This document shows positions 8,784-17,239 of a DNA stretch of 32,000 nt, one piece after another. The stretch's first letter is position 1. Each line of letters begins with the position of its first letter. Origin of the DNA: Nostoc punctiforme PCC 73102 (lineage in GTDB: Bacteria > Cyanobacteriota > Cyanobacteriia > Cyanobacteriales > Nostocaceae). A program made the position numbers and the translations under genes. The stretch covers positions 4,590,001-4,622,000 of the forward strand of contig NC_010628.1 in assembly GCF_000020025.1 (NCBI RefSeq), given 5' to 3'. Below the pieces are notes generated by a model, which did no database searches, had not been told where the DNA came from, and worked only from the letters and a program-made list of their open reading frames with translations.

Positions 8784-9647
8784 TTGTAGACTCTCTAGAG
8801 GGGTGGTTGCTATGTGAGAAGCAATACCTATGCAGCAATGGGGCAGGCAGTAATTATATGTATAACAAGAAACTAAAAACTTTGACGAGATATTTCCTTC
8901 AAAGTTCGCTGAGTCTTATAAAAATTAAGTATCATTGTCTACACCTTTTATTACTCAGGTACTGAATATTTTTTTGCAAAAGTATGCGAGTATAGTAAAC
9001 ACGCTGAGAACTCAGTAATTACTACACGATATATAATCCTGCTGTTGATATCCCCGACAATACCAAAAACAGATATTAGTCAAGGGATATTCAAGTTATA
9101 TTTGAGGCGATAACGCTGGCAACAAAAAATGAGATAACTTAAATTATTGGGGATCGTACTAGTTGTAGCTAGTACACAATCAACAAGTCAGGTTACACAC
9201 TAAATATAACAGCGCAAACCCTCACAATGGTATACGTGAGGTGTTACGTGAAAAGCTGGGGAATGCAGACGCATAATAAATCATACTCAGAAAATACTGC
9301 TGTCAGCAACCCAAATTTATAAATTGCAATCTCAACTACAAAATAGCTAGAAGACGCAATAGTTTTTTACAAACCCAACTGCATTTAATGCCAATTTGGG
9401 GTAAACCTTCGGGAACACAACAAAACTAACTTGGTAGATGCTCTAGCGGCTCGTGACGAGACACCACTAAACGAAGAGGGTTTACTAAAGGCAGATGCAG
9501 CTTATATTAGCTGTTACACTTGTCAAGTTAACTATGTAAGTTAATCAAACAGCCTTTTCGTTTCACTCAATACAAAAATATTGTACCACCAAACAGCCAA
9601 GATTATTTACCATTAACTAATGACTAACGATTAACAAGTAATTATTA

Positions 9648-10679
9648 ATGAAAATTGTATTTTTTGGTACACCACAGTTTGCTGTACCCACGTTGGAAAA
9701 GTTATTGAATCATTCAAAATTTGATGTGTTGGCAGTTGTCACTCAACCAGATAAACGCCGGGAGCGTGGAAATAAACTTACTCCTTCACCAGTAAAAGCG
9801 ATCGCTACTGCCCACAACTTAGCAGTATGGCAACCCGAACGGGTAAAAAAGGACACTGAGATTTTAACCAAACTCAAAGAATTAAACGCAGATGTGTTTG
9901 TTGTTGTCGCTTATGGACAGATTTTATCGTCAAAAATATTAAAGATGCCCAAGTTGGGCTGTATTAATGTGCATGGCTCGATTTTACCTAAATATCGTGG
10001 TGCAGCGCCGATTCAGTGGTGTTTGTATAACGGTGAGAAGGAAACGGGGATCACAACCATGTTAATGGATGTGGGGATGGATACCGGGCCAATGCTAGAA
10101 ATAGCCACTACACCCATCGGATTACTGGATAATACTCAAGATTTAGCTGAAAGACTAGCTGCGATCGGTGGGGATTTATTGGTGGAAACTTTGTTGAAGT
10201 TGGAACGCCAGGAAATTCAACCAATACCCCAAGATAATTTATCAGCTACTTATGCACCTCTAATTCAAAAAGAAAATTATGGTTTGGATTGGTCAAAAAG
10301 CGCGATGCAATTACACAATCAAATTAGAGGCTTTTACCCTAACTGTACCGCTACCTTTCGTAACAATTTGTTGAAAATCATCGCTTCGGTTCCCCTTGCT
10401 TCTGTAGGTGATGTCTGGCGACAAGCCGCTCCGCGTCTAGGCAATTTTCCACCAGAATTACAAGAATTAATTGATAAATTGCCTGATTTGTCAAATGTAT
10501 CAAACAAACCAGGAGTTGTAGTAAACATTACCAAAGGCATTGGAGCGATCGTCCAAACTGGGGAAGGTTTGTTGCTGTTGCGAGAGGTTCAGCTAGCTGG
10601 GAAACGTCCCCAGTCGGGATGGGATTTTGTGAATGGTACCCGCTTAACTGTGGGAGAAGTTTTTGGTGCGGGTAGTTGA
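9648..10679 (+). CDS. fmt: Methionyl-tRNA formyltransferase
   Basis: [20 protein letters not shown] and [16 protein letters not shown] are the formyltransferase motifs, and the C-terminal domain ([23 protein letters not shown]) fits. An insertion of ~35 aa precedes the last beta-domain. Confidence 0.9.
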   Translation: MKIVFFGTPQFAVPTLEKLLNHSKFDVLAVVTQPDKRRERGNKLTPSPVKAIATAHNLAVWQPERVKKDTEILTKLKELNADVFVVVAYGQILSSKILKMPKLGCINVHGSILPKYRGAAPIQWCLYNGEKETGITTMLMDVGMDTGPMLEIATTPIGLLDNTQDLAERLAAIGGDLLVETLLKLERQEIQPIPQDNLSATYAPLIQKENYGLDWSKSAMQLHNQIRGFYPNCTATFRNNLLKIIASVPLASVGDVWRQAAPRLGNFPPELQELIDKLPDLSNVSNKPGVVVNITKGIGAIVQTGEGLLLLREVQLAGKRPQSGWDFVNGTRLTVGEVFGAGS

Positions 10680-10735
10680 CCGGGATGGAGGAGATAAAAG
10701 AGATTATGGAGAATAACTTTTAGCTCCTAACTCCT

Positions 10736-10760
10736 GTACAGATGCGATTAATCGCGTCTC
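10736..10760. repeat. Small dispersed hairpin repeat (GTAGAGACG...CGTCTCTAC family, copy A, inverted orientation)
   Basis: GTACAGATGCGATTAATCGCGTCTC. Its reverse complement GAGACGCGATTAATCGCATCTGTAC closely matches copy C at 27287-27312. It lies between the convergent genes fmt and 10763-11116, 3 nt from the latter's stop codon. Confidence 0.65.
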
Positions 10761-10762
10761 TC

Positions 10763-11116
10763 CTAAGACTTTTCATAAAAACGGCAAGATTCGCAAGGGC
10801 CATCTGGGTTGACTGCACAGCGAATGAGTTCTGAATGAGCATTGTAAGAGCAGGTGGCATCGCCAACTACCCAGCGTCCACCTACCAAACTTTTTTCAGA
10901 TGGCCGTTTAGCCGACTGCACATAAATAGCAATATTATGTAAACGGTAGCGCCCAGCTTTGAGTTGGTATTTATGGCGGCGTTCTAAAACCGCATAAGTT
11001 TTACCTTCAAAATCGAGATAATTTCCGGGTTGGGGTGTCCAATCAAGTTGCACTTTACCGAGTGACTCACGCGGATGCGTCAGAATCACCTCGGTTTGTA
11101 AAGAGTCTGGCTCCAT
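10763..11116 (-). CDS. Conserved cyanobacterial hypothetical protein (possibly DUF6464-like)
   Basis: 117-aa ORF with a C-terminal Cys pattern (GDATCSYNAH...IRCAVNPDGPCESCRFYE). The family name is from memory only. Confidence 0.5.
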   Translation of the reverse strand: MEPDSLQTEVILTHPRESLGKVQLDWTPQPGNYLDFEGKTYAVLERRHKYQLKAGRYRLHNIAIYVQSAKRPSEKSLVGGRWVVGDATCSYNAHSELIRCAVNPDGPCESCRFYEKS

Positions 11117-11223
11117 AAGCTTATGTGATTTGATTTACATTAGAAGGATGGTATAGCAATAGCTTTCTTTAGCTTACCGAATTTAGATTACAATTAATGA
11201 TTAGCTCTTCACGTACCTACGGA

Positions 11224-12735
11224 TTACGGCAACCAAAAGTCAGGTAGGATAGATTTGCCCAAGTCACGTAGAGTTTGGTTGAGCGATCGCGCCACTTGGA
11301 TATGTGCTTCATCCTCTTCTACAGGTAAAATCTCGGCTGGCTGACCTTCTCCTAAATAAGACACGACCAAATTCGCCGCCTCCAAACCAGTAACATAAGC
11401 CTTTTCCTGTGACCAGGAACCATGACGGTTCACAACCCAATCCCCACTCATAAACACATTTTCAAAACTTGTCTTCGCGGGCAACATATAACGATAGCTA
11501 CCAGGTGCAAAGTGAGTCACCGCCTGAGATAGCCGAATTACACTGCTATCAACGATCTTTGCCTCCCCAAAGGCAGGTACACAAGTTGCTAAATAACTCT
11601 GAACTATTGCTAAAATCTCTTCATCACTCAAACTGAGAAACTGATTCGCGTGATAAAAATCAGCTTCAATCACCGTTCCTGGCTCATCCCGATACTCGTC
11701 ATGTAAGGCATTCAAATCAAAAAACGTCCAACCTGTACTTGCGTCGAATCCAAAGCAGGCATTAGAGGGACGTGGAATATCAATTTTGCGGTCAAACCAT
11801 AGCCGCGTTGCTAAAACATCAATCCCTCCTAAATTGCTCAAATTACGGAATTCTTCATGACTTTGTAAACTAGGGCTATTTGAGACAATTTTCTTCATCC
11901 CCGTTATGCCAACTGCAAAAATCACGGCATCTGCATCAAAAATTTCATCACCGCAAACCACACCTTTGGCGCGATGATTGCTATCAACAATTAAGTCTGT
12001 AACTCGGCGCTTGGGTAGCACTCGCGCACCAGCTTTTTCAATCTGTTCCACCCAAGGACGAAATATCTTTTCTCCAACAGTTCCCCGACACCAAACTACA
12101 TCAAAATCAGGTTGATGAGCCAGAATAAAAAAGTAAAGCATCCCTAAAGTTGCTGCGGCCGAACATTGTTCACCAGGGGCAAACAAGCCCACTAATAACA
12201 TTGGTTCAAAAGCCTCGCGGTAAAGCCGTGCAGAAACATTAAAGTTTTTGAACAATTCCCTAGCAGTTACAAAGTCATAACGCCGCCAAGCATCATCAGA
12301 ATTATCAAAATCAACAACAGCATACAGTAAAGGCAGGGCGCTCAGACGGTCAATTAGTGGCAATCGTTTAAACTGAGTATATAGAAAAGTTCCTAGTGGG
12401 GATGGGAGTCGCGGTAAGTCTTGAAAAATCGGTGATTCAACTTCCAAGCCTGCTGGCGAATATTGCGAAGAACGAGTCCAAGTAGTAAAAGGATTAATTT
12501 CTAATTGATTAATTAAGGAAAAAATATTTTTGTAAGGATACCAAAAGCCATGAATGCCAGCTTCAACAGATTTTCCGGCGGCTGTTTGCCAACCTGCCAC
12601 CAATCCACCTGGATAGGGGCCTGCTTCTAGAAGGGTCACATCATAGCCTTGTTTTGCCAAATGGTAGGTTGCTCCTAAACCAGCCCAACCAGCGCCTACA
12701 ACTACCACCCGTTTTTGTTGCGATCCTTCTACCAT
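11224..12735 (-). CDS. FAD-dependent oxidoreductase of the amine oxidase / phytoene desaturase superfamily
   Basis: The N-terminus VVVVGAGWAGLGATYHLAKQGYDVTLLEAGPYPGG is a GxGxxG dinucleotide fold. The 503-aa length is also typical. The substrate cannot be assigned from sequence. Confidence 0.75.
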   Translation of the reverse strand: MVEGSQQKRVVVVGAGWAGLGATYHLAKQGYDVTLLEAGPYPGGLVAGWQTAAGKSVEAGIHGFWYPYKNIFSLINQLEINPFTTWTRSSQYSPAGLEVESPIFQDLPRLPSPLGTFLYTQFKRLPLIDRLSALPLLYAVVDFDNSDDAWRRYDFVTARELFKNFNVSARLYREAFEPMLLVGLFAPGEQCSAAATLGMLYFFILAHQPDFDVVWCRGTVGEKIFRPWVEQIEKAGARVLPKRRVTDLIVDSNHRAKGVVCGDEIFDADAVIFAVGITGMKKIVSNSPSLQSHEEFRNLSNLGGIDVLATRLWFDRKIDIPRPSNACFGFDASTGWTFFDLNALHDEYRDEPGTVIEADFYHANQFLSLSDEEILAIVQSYLATCVPAFGEAKIVDSSVIRLSQAVTHFAPGSYRYMLPAKTSFENVFMSGDWVVNRHGSWSQEKAYVTGLEAANLVVSYLGEGQPAEILPVEEDEAHIQVARSLNQTLRDLGKSILPDFWLP

Positions 12736-12916
12736 ACCAGCCTCCGATTGTTGCTGTCCATCAACTAATGTATACGAACTTGTGTTCCGATCGGATGACA
12801 GGTTGTTACTATAAGGCTTTTCTTTGGGATGCAGTTCAGTAAAAATGCCTTGCGGTTAATGCTGAGTTAAGAGTATAACAGAAAACAGACTTGACTATTC
12901 ATGAGGAATAATCCTA

Positions 12917-13819
12917 ATGACTCAATTAGCAAATACAAAATTCAGTTTAAATGACTTTGAATTACGAGATGGTATTTATTTTCCTAGTGACTATGAACAA
13001 TTGAATAATACTCAACATAAAAAAACATGGGATGCAATTGGTAAAACATATTATGGTTCCCAAAAAATTGAAAAACTTGCAGATACGTCTCCCATCAAAC
13101 AAGATTACACTTTACTAACTGGTACACCTGGAGGTACTTGGAACAAATTTCCATTGAATAAATCTGTTGGCTCTATTCTAGAGATTGGTTCTGGTTATGG
13201 TCGCGCACCTTTGCATCTCTCGAAAGCGAAAAATCTGAGATGTGAAAAATATTATGGAATTGATATTTCTGAACCTTTGTTGCGGCGGTTAATTAAGGTT
13301 AAACAAGAATATAATTTTTTCCCAGAAGCTGAATTTAACTTGATTTGCACTTCTGCTGAAATATTGCCTTTAGAAGATAATTCTATAGATTTGGTAATTT
13401 CTAACTGTGTCTTTATGCACATCCCAGATGCACAATTAAGAAGTTTATTGGCTGATATATCTCGTGTGTTAAAGCCTGGTGGTATTTTTGTTTTTAATCA
13501 TTCCTTCCATAACAAGTCTTGTCCTTCTCATATTATCCATAATTTTGTGAGAAAGCTGAACCCATTTGTGAGAAATCCAGTTTATCTCAAGCAATATTCA
13601 TCTGCTGAAATTAATGAGATGTTAGCGAGTGCTGGCATCCAAACGAAGTGTCCACAATACATTGTGGAACCAACAGAAGAGTATGCAATTTTGCCGGAAA
13701 CCATTAAAGGGATTCCGGTACCTTTTGCTAAAGCTATCAACAGAAGTCTCAAGCCATCAGATGCTCTAAAAGAAACTTTGGCTTATGGTTTTAGTGCCTA
13801 CAGTAGTCAACTGGACTAA
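12917..13819 (+). CDS. Class I SAM-dependent methyltransferase
   Basis: Motif I ILEIGSGYGR, YYGIDIS, and LKPGGIFVF. The gene is markedly AT-rich; a 75-nt sample gave ~28% G+C. Confidence 0.7.
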   Translation: MTQLANTKFSLNDFELRDGIYFPSDYEQLNNTQHKKTWDAIGKTYYGSQKIEKLADTSPIKQDYTLLTGTPGGTWNKFPLNKSVGSILEIGSGYGRAPLHLSKAKNLRCEKYYGIDISEPLLRRLIKVKQEYNFFPEAEFNLICTSAEILPLEDNSIDLVISNCVFMHIPDAQLRSLLADISRVLKPGGIFVFNHSFHNKSCPSHIIHNFVRKLNPFVRNPVYLKQYSSAEINEMLASAGIQTKCPQYIVEPTEEYAILPETIKGIPVPFAKAINRSLKPSDALKETLAYGFSAYSSQLD

Positions 13820-13867
13820 TTAAGAGACTCTCTAATTGTCACAATTAACTGAATACAAATAATCTCC

Positions 13868-13898
13868 AAAAGCACAACAATGTTGTGCTTTTGTTTTT
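13868..13898 (+). terminator. Rho-independent terminator after the methyltransferase gene
   Basis: AAAAGCACAAC (13868-13878), loop AAT, GTTGTGCTTTT (13882-13892), then GTTTTT. Confidence 0.65.
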
Positions 13899-13961
13899 AC
13901 AAGAAATGCTCATAAACTTTTATTTTTTGTTTTGAGTCCGAGCATTTTAGCAGACGAATTT

Positions 13962-14729
13962 TTACTGGTATCTAGGAACATCTGTACTTTTAAATATGGT
14001 TAGAAAAGTAATACACTTAAATTGACCAATAGATGGAAGGCTACATATTTTTGCTCCACAAGCAAAATATGCTTGTAAAATATGCGGAATTTCAACATTA
14101 TTATATGATCTAGGACATTGTTGAGGTAATTCTATAATAAATTCTGAGTTTGGATAAACCAAAATATTTGGATGCATCAAGTTATTTTGCTGAAAATAAT
14201 TATAAGCACAACGAGCTTGTAGAGGACTTTGTGTTTTAAATGTTACACGTCCCAAAAAATATTGGTTTCCACTCCAGACAAGATAATTCGCTAGACCCTT
14301 CCAGAGTAATAAAAGTGCCTGAATATTACGGTATTCTTTTGCTATACATGCACGCCCAAGTTCTACAGTTTCCTGAAGTATAGAATCAGGAATGTCATTA
14401 ATATTAAAATATTTAGCAGCACTAAATCCCAAAGCTTGAGAAGCCATTGTATAAGATTGCATTCGGTAATTCCCAACTATTTTACCAGTTGGCTTAAAGA
14501 TGAGTATCAAATGATGACAAACCGTATCGAATTCATCTTGATCTATCTGGGTAAAGTTAGAATCAGAATATTTCAAGCCTAGTTCGATATTAAAAATTTC
14601 AAAGCGCAACCGAAAAACAGATTCTAATTCTTCTTTAGTAGACGCAAGCCGGAGAATATACTTTTCGGTTTCAATTACTGGGAAATATTTGAGGAGACAG
14701 TCAGATATTAGTGGATATTTAGTGTTCAT
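13962..14729 (-). CDS. GNAT-fold N-acyltransferase, OlsB / N-acyl amino acid synthase-like (Acetyltransf_5-type)
   Basis: 255 aa. VFRLRFEIFNIELGLKY...DEFDTVCHHLILIFKPTGKIVGNYRMQ and the later ELGRACIAKEYRN resemble the lyso-ornithine-lipid / N-acyl amino acid synthase branch of GNATs. A sample of the gene gave ~31% G+C. Confidence 0.6.
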   Translation of the reverse strand: MNTKYPLISDCLLKYFPVIETEKYILRLASTKEELESVFRLRFEIFNIELGLKYSDSNFTQIDQDEFDTVCHHLILIFKPTGKIVGNYRMQSYTMASQALGFSAAKYFNINDIPDSILQETVELGRACIAKEYRNIQALLLLWKGLANYLVWSGNQYFLGRVTFKTQSPLQARCAYNYFQQNNLMHPNILVYPNSEFIIELPQQCPRSYNNVEIPHILQAYFACGAKICSLPSIGQFKCITFLTIFKSTDVPRYQ

Positions 14730-14912
14730 TCTAGAGTTATTTGTTAATAAATAATCATTGTATACTCACAATTTTTATTGCTTATTTAGCATTACATGAC
14801 GATACATTTTTAATTGAGTTAATAAAAATATTTTATATATAAATTTTTTTAAAGAAGTAAAAAAGAACAATATTTTTAAGACATAATTACAGGATTTTTG
14901 TCTTTAAAAAGA

Positions 14913-14953
14913 CTAGTAATTACTATTTAACAAGATTAAATAGTAATTACTAG
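14913..14953. promoter_or_regulatory. Perfect 18-bp inverted repeat (candidate operator) in a divergent AT-rich promoter region
   Basis: CTAGTAATTACTATTTAA (14913-14930), spacer CAAGA, then TTAAATAGTAATTACTAG (14936-14953). It lies between the divergent GNAT gene (start 14729) and modBC (start 15283). Confidence 0.4.
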
Positions 14954-15282
14954 ATAATCCATAAAGATAATATGAAGTTTTATTTGATGTGAATCAGCTA
15001 TTTATTTTTGATATGCATTAATCGAGTTTAAGGATAAGCCTAATCGAGCGGGGGAAGAGTGAAAACTTACAACTGAGAGGTTGACACTCTCCATGATGAT
15101 GTTTTGATAAGTACAACTTCTACCCCGACACTTCATACTCGACCGAACGAGAATCTTGTTTAAAGTTTGGATAGTTTTTGGGATTTTCTTGATTGTGATG
15201 TTGTTTACCAACTTTTTCCAACATATTGAAGCTAAAGTTGGTAAATTATGGATTAGTTGAGCTAGTTCTTCCCCAGACAACT

Positions 15283-17118
15283 ATGCAATTGGATTTATCG
15301 CCTCTTTGGATATCACTCAAAACTTCATTACTTGCTACATTTATCACCTTCTTCTTGGGTATCGCTGCTGCCTACTGGATGCTAGGATATCGTGGCAAAG
15401 GTAAATCGTTGATTGAGGGTATCTTTATTGCGCCCCTGATTTTACCGCCTACAGTTGTTGGTTTCTTGCTGCTGCTATTGTTTGGCAAAAATGGCCCTGT
15501 AGGGAAACTCATGCAGCCTTTTGACTTCACCATCGTCTTTACTTGGTATGGGGCTGCGATCGCAGCCACAGTAGTTTCTTTCCCTTTAATGTATAAAACT
15601 GCACTAGGAGCCTTTGAACAAATAGATGGCAACTTGCTGCGAGTAGCTAGAACCCTTGGTGCAACCGAAACTACAATCTTTTGGCGCATCAGTTTACCCC
15701 TAGCGCTACCCGGCATTGTCGCTGCCACCATGCTCGCTTTTGCCCGTGCTTTGGGAGAATTCGGCGCAACCTTAATGCTCGCTGGTAATATTCCCGGACA
15801 AACGCAAACAATCCCAATGGCAATTTATTTTGCTGTGGAAGCGGGAGCAATGAACGAGGCGTGGTTTTGGGCGATCGCAATTATGGTGATTTCTCTATCT
15901 GGAATAATTGGGGTTAACTTCTGGCAAGAATTGAGGGAAAAGAAGAGGGGAGCAGGGAGCAGGCTTGCCGTGAGCGTAGCCGAACGGGAGCAGGGAGCAG
16001 GGGAGGCAGGGGGAGAAAATCTTTATACTCCGCACTCTAGATTTGAATTTGGTGGATTGTTTGTCAACATTGAAAAAATCCTGACTAGCTTTGATTTAAA
16101 AGTTGCTTTTACTTCTGATGAGCAACCTTTGGGATTATTAGGGAGTTCTGGAGCAGGTAAGAGCATGATTTTGCGCTGCCTTGCGGGGATAGAAACACCC
16201 TCTAGTGGACGCATAGTTTTAAATGACAGAGTACTGTTTGACTCAGAACAAGGAATTAATCTACCCAGCCGCGATCGCCGTATTGGTTTTTTAGTGCAGA
16301 ATTATGCTCTGTTTCCCCATTTGAGTGTGGCGCAAAATATTGCTTTCGGCTTGCCCAAAAAACTATCGGCTGGAAGTATTAGGGTACAGGTAGAGGAGCA
16401 ACTAATAGCAATGCAGTTGCAGGGATTAGGCGATCGCTATCCACACCAACTTTCTGGAGGTCAACAACAACGGGTAGCCTTGGCAAGAGCATTGGCAAGT
16501 CAACCGGAAGCATTGCTTTTAGATGAGCCGTTCTCGGCACTTGACACCCATTTACGTAGTCAATTAGAGCAGCAAATGACAGAAACTCTTGCTGACTACC
16601 AAGGCGTGACTCTATTTGTCACCCATAATATGGAAGAAGCTTATCGAATTTGTCCGAATCTATTAGTATTGGAGCATGGTAGAGCCGTTCATCATGGCAG
16701 CAAATACGATATTTTCCAGCATCCTGCTACCGTTAGTGTCGCTCAACTTACTGGATGTAAAAACTTCTCCCGTGCTGTTCTCCAGTCATCACAAAAGGTA
16801 GAAGCGATTGATTGGGGTTGTACTCTTCAAGTCATTGAACCAGTCATGAGTGAATTATCCCACATCGGTATTCGTGCCCATCAGTTCATTTTTACCAACG
16901 ACTCATCACAGGAAAATACCTTTCCCTGCTGGATAGTACGAACAAGTGAAACGCCCCACCGAATGACATTATTTCTTAAACTACATTCTGCTGGTAAGAA
17001 TTCTCAAGATTACCATTTGCAAGCTGAAGTCTTCAAAGAAAAATGGGTGACTATGAAAGATCAACCTTTTCCTTGGTATGTGCGTTTAGATCCTCTGCGC
17101 TTGATTTTGATGGAGTGA
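15283..17118 (+). CDS. modBC: Fused molybdate ABC transporter permease/ATPase ModB-ModC
   Basis: The N-terminal half is a ModB-type permease (EAA loop ARTLGATETTIFWRISLPLALPG). The C-terminal half is an ABC ATPase with Walker A GSSGAGKS, signature LSGGQQQRVALARAL, Walker B LLLDEPFSALD and a TOBE-like tail. The ORF track starts at a TTG at 15226; the ATG at 15283 (MQLDLSPLWISLK) fits ModB N-termini better. Confidence 0.9.
   Translation: MQLDLSPLWISLKTSLLATFITFFLGIAAAYWMLGYRGKGKSLIEGIFIAPLILPPTVVGFLLLLLFGKNGPVGKLMQPFDFTIVFTWYGAAIAATVVSFPLMYKTALGAFEQIDGNLLRVARTLGATETTIFWRISLPLALPGIVAATMLAFARALGEFGATLMLAGNIPGQTQTIPMAIYFAVEAGAMNEAWFWAIAIMVISLSGIIGVNFWQELREKKRGAGSRLAVSVAEREQGAGEAGGENLYTPHSRFEFGGLFVNIEKILTSFDLKVAFTSDEQPLGLLGSSGAGKSMILRCLAGIETPSSGRIVLNDRVLFDSEQGINLPSRDRRIGFLVQNYALFPHLSVAQNIAFGLPKKLSAGSIRVQVEEQLIAMQLQGLGDRYPHQLSGGQQQRVALARALASQPEALLLDEPFSALDTHLRSQLEQQMTETLADYQGVTLFVTHNMEEAYRICPNLLVLEHGRAVHHGSKYDIFQHPATVSVAQLTGCKNFSRAVLQSSQKVEAIDWGCTLQVIEPVMSELSHIGIRAHQFIFTNDSSQENTFPCWIVRTSETPHRMTLFLKLHSAGKNSQDYHLQAEVFKEKWVTMKDQPFPWYVRLDPLRLILME
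15947..16003 (+). repeat. Repeat-derived linker between the ModB and ModC domains
   Basis: GGGGAGCAGGGAGCAGG (15947-15963) and GGGAGCAGGGAGCAGGG (15987-16003) are GGGAGCA heptamer repeats. They flank CTTGCCGTGAGCGTAGCCGAAC. The whole segment is translated as GAGSRLAVSVAEREQGAGEAGG. Confidence 0.6.
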
Positions 17119-17166
17119 ACGCAGAAATATACGGGACATGGCAAATTATTCAAAATCATCTTACTT

Positions 17167-17201
17167 CAAGCGCCCAGACCCCAAAGAGTCTGAGCGCTTG
17201 A
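17167..17201. terminator. Hairpin between convergent genes modBC and 17240-17614 (possible bidirectional terminator)
   Basis: TCAAGCGCCCAGAC (17167-17180) pairs with GTCTGAGCGCTTGA (17188-17201) with one mismatch. There is no strong T-tract on either side. Confidence 0.4.
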
Positions 17202-17239
17202 ATATTAGGTTGCAGAGAGACTTCTGCTAGTTAGGAGAA

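Noticed and set aside
15000-15282. Possible molybdenum-cofactor (Moco) riboswitch or the 92-aa ORF 15002-15280 upstream of modBC
   Set aside because: The leader has a GAGTG...CACTC stem (about 15057-15102), but I could not match the conserved Moco-motif nucleotides from memory. The ORF is antisense to the modBC leader, lacks an SD and overlaps the modBC start. A covariance-model scan (Rfam Moco_RNA_motif) would settle the riboswitch question.
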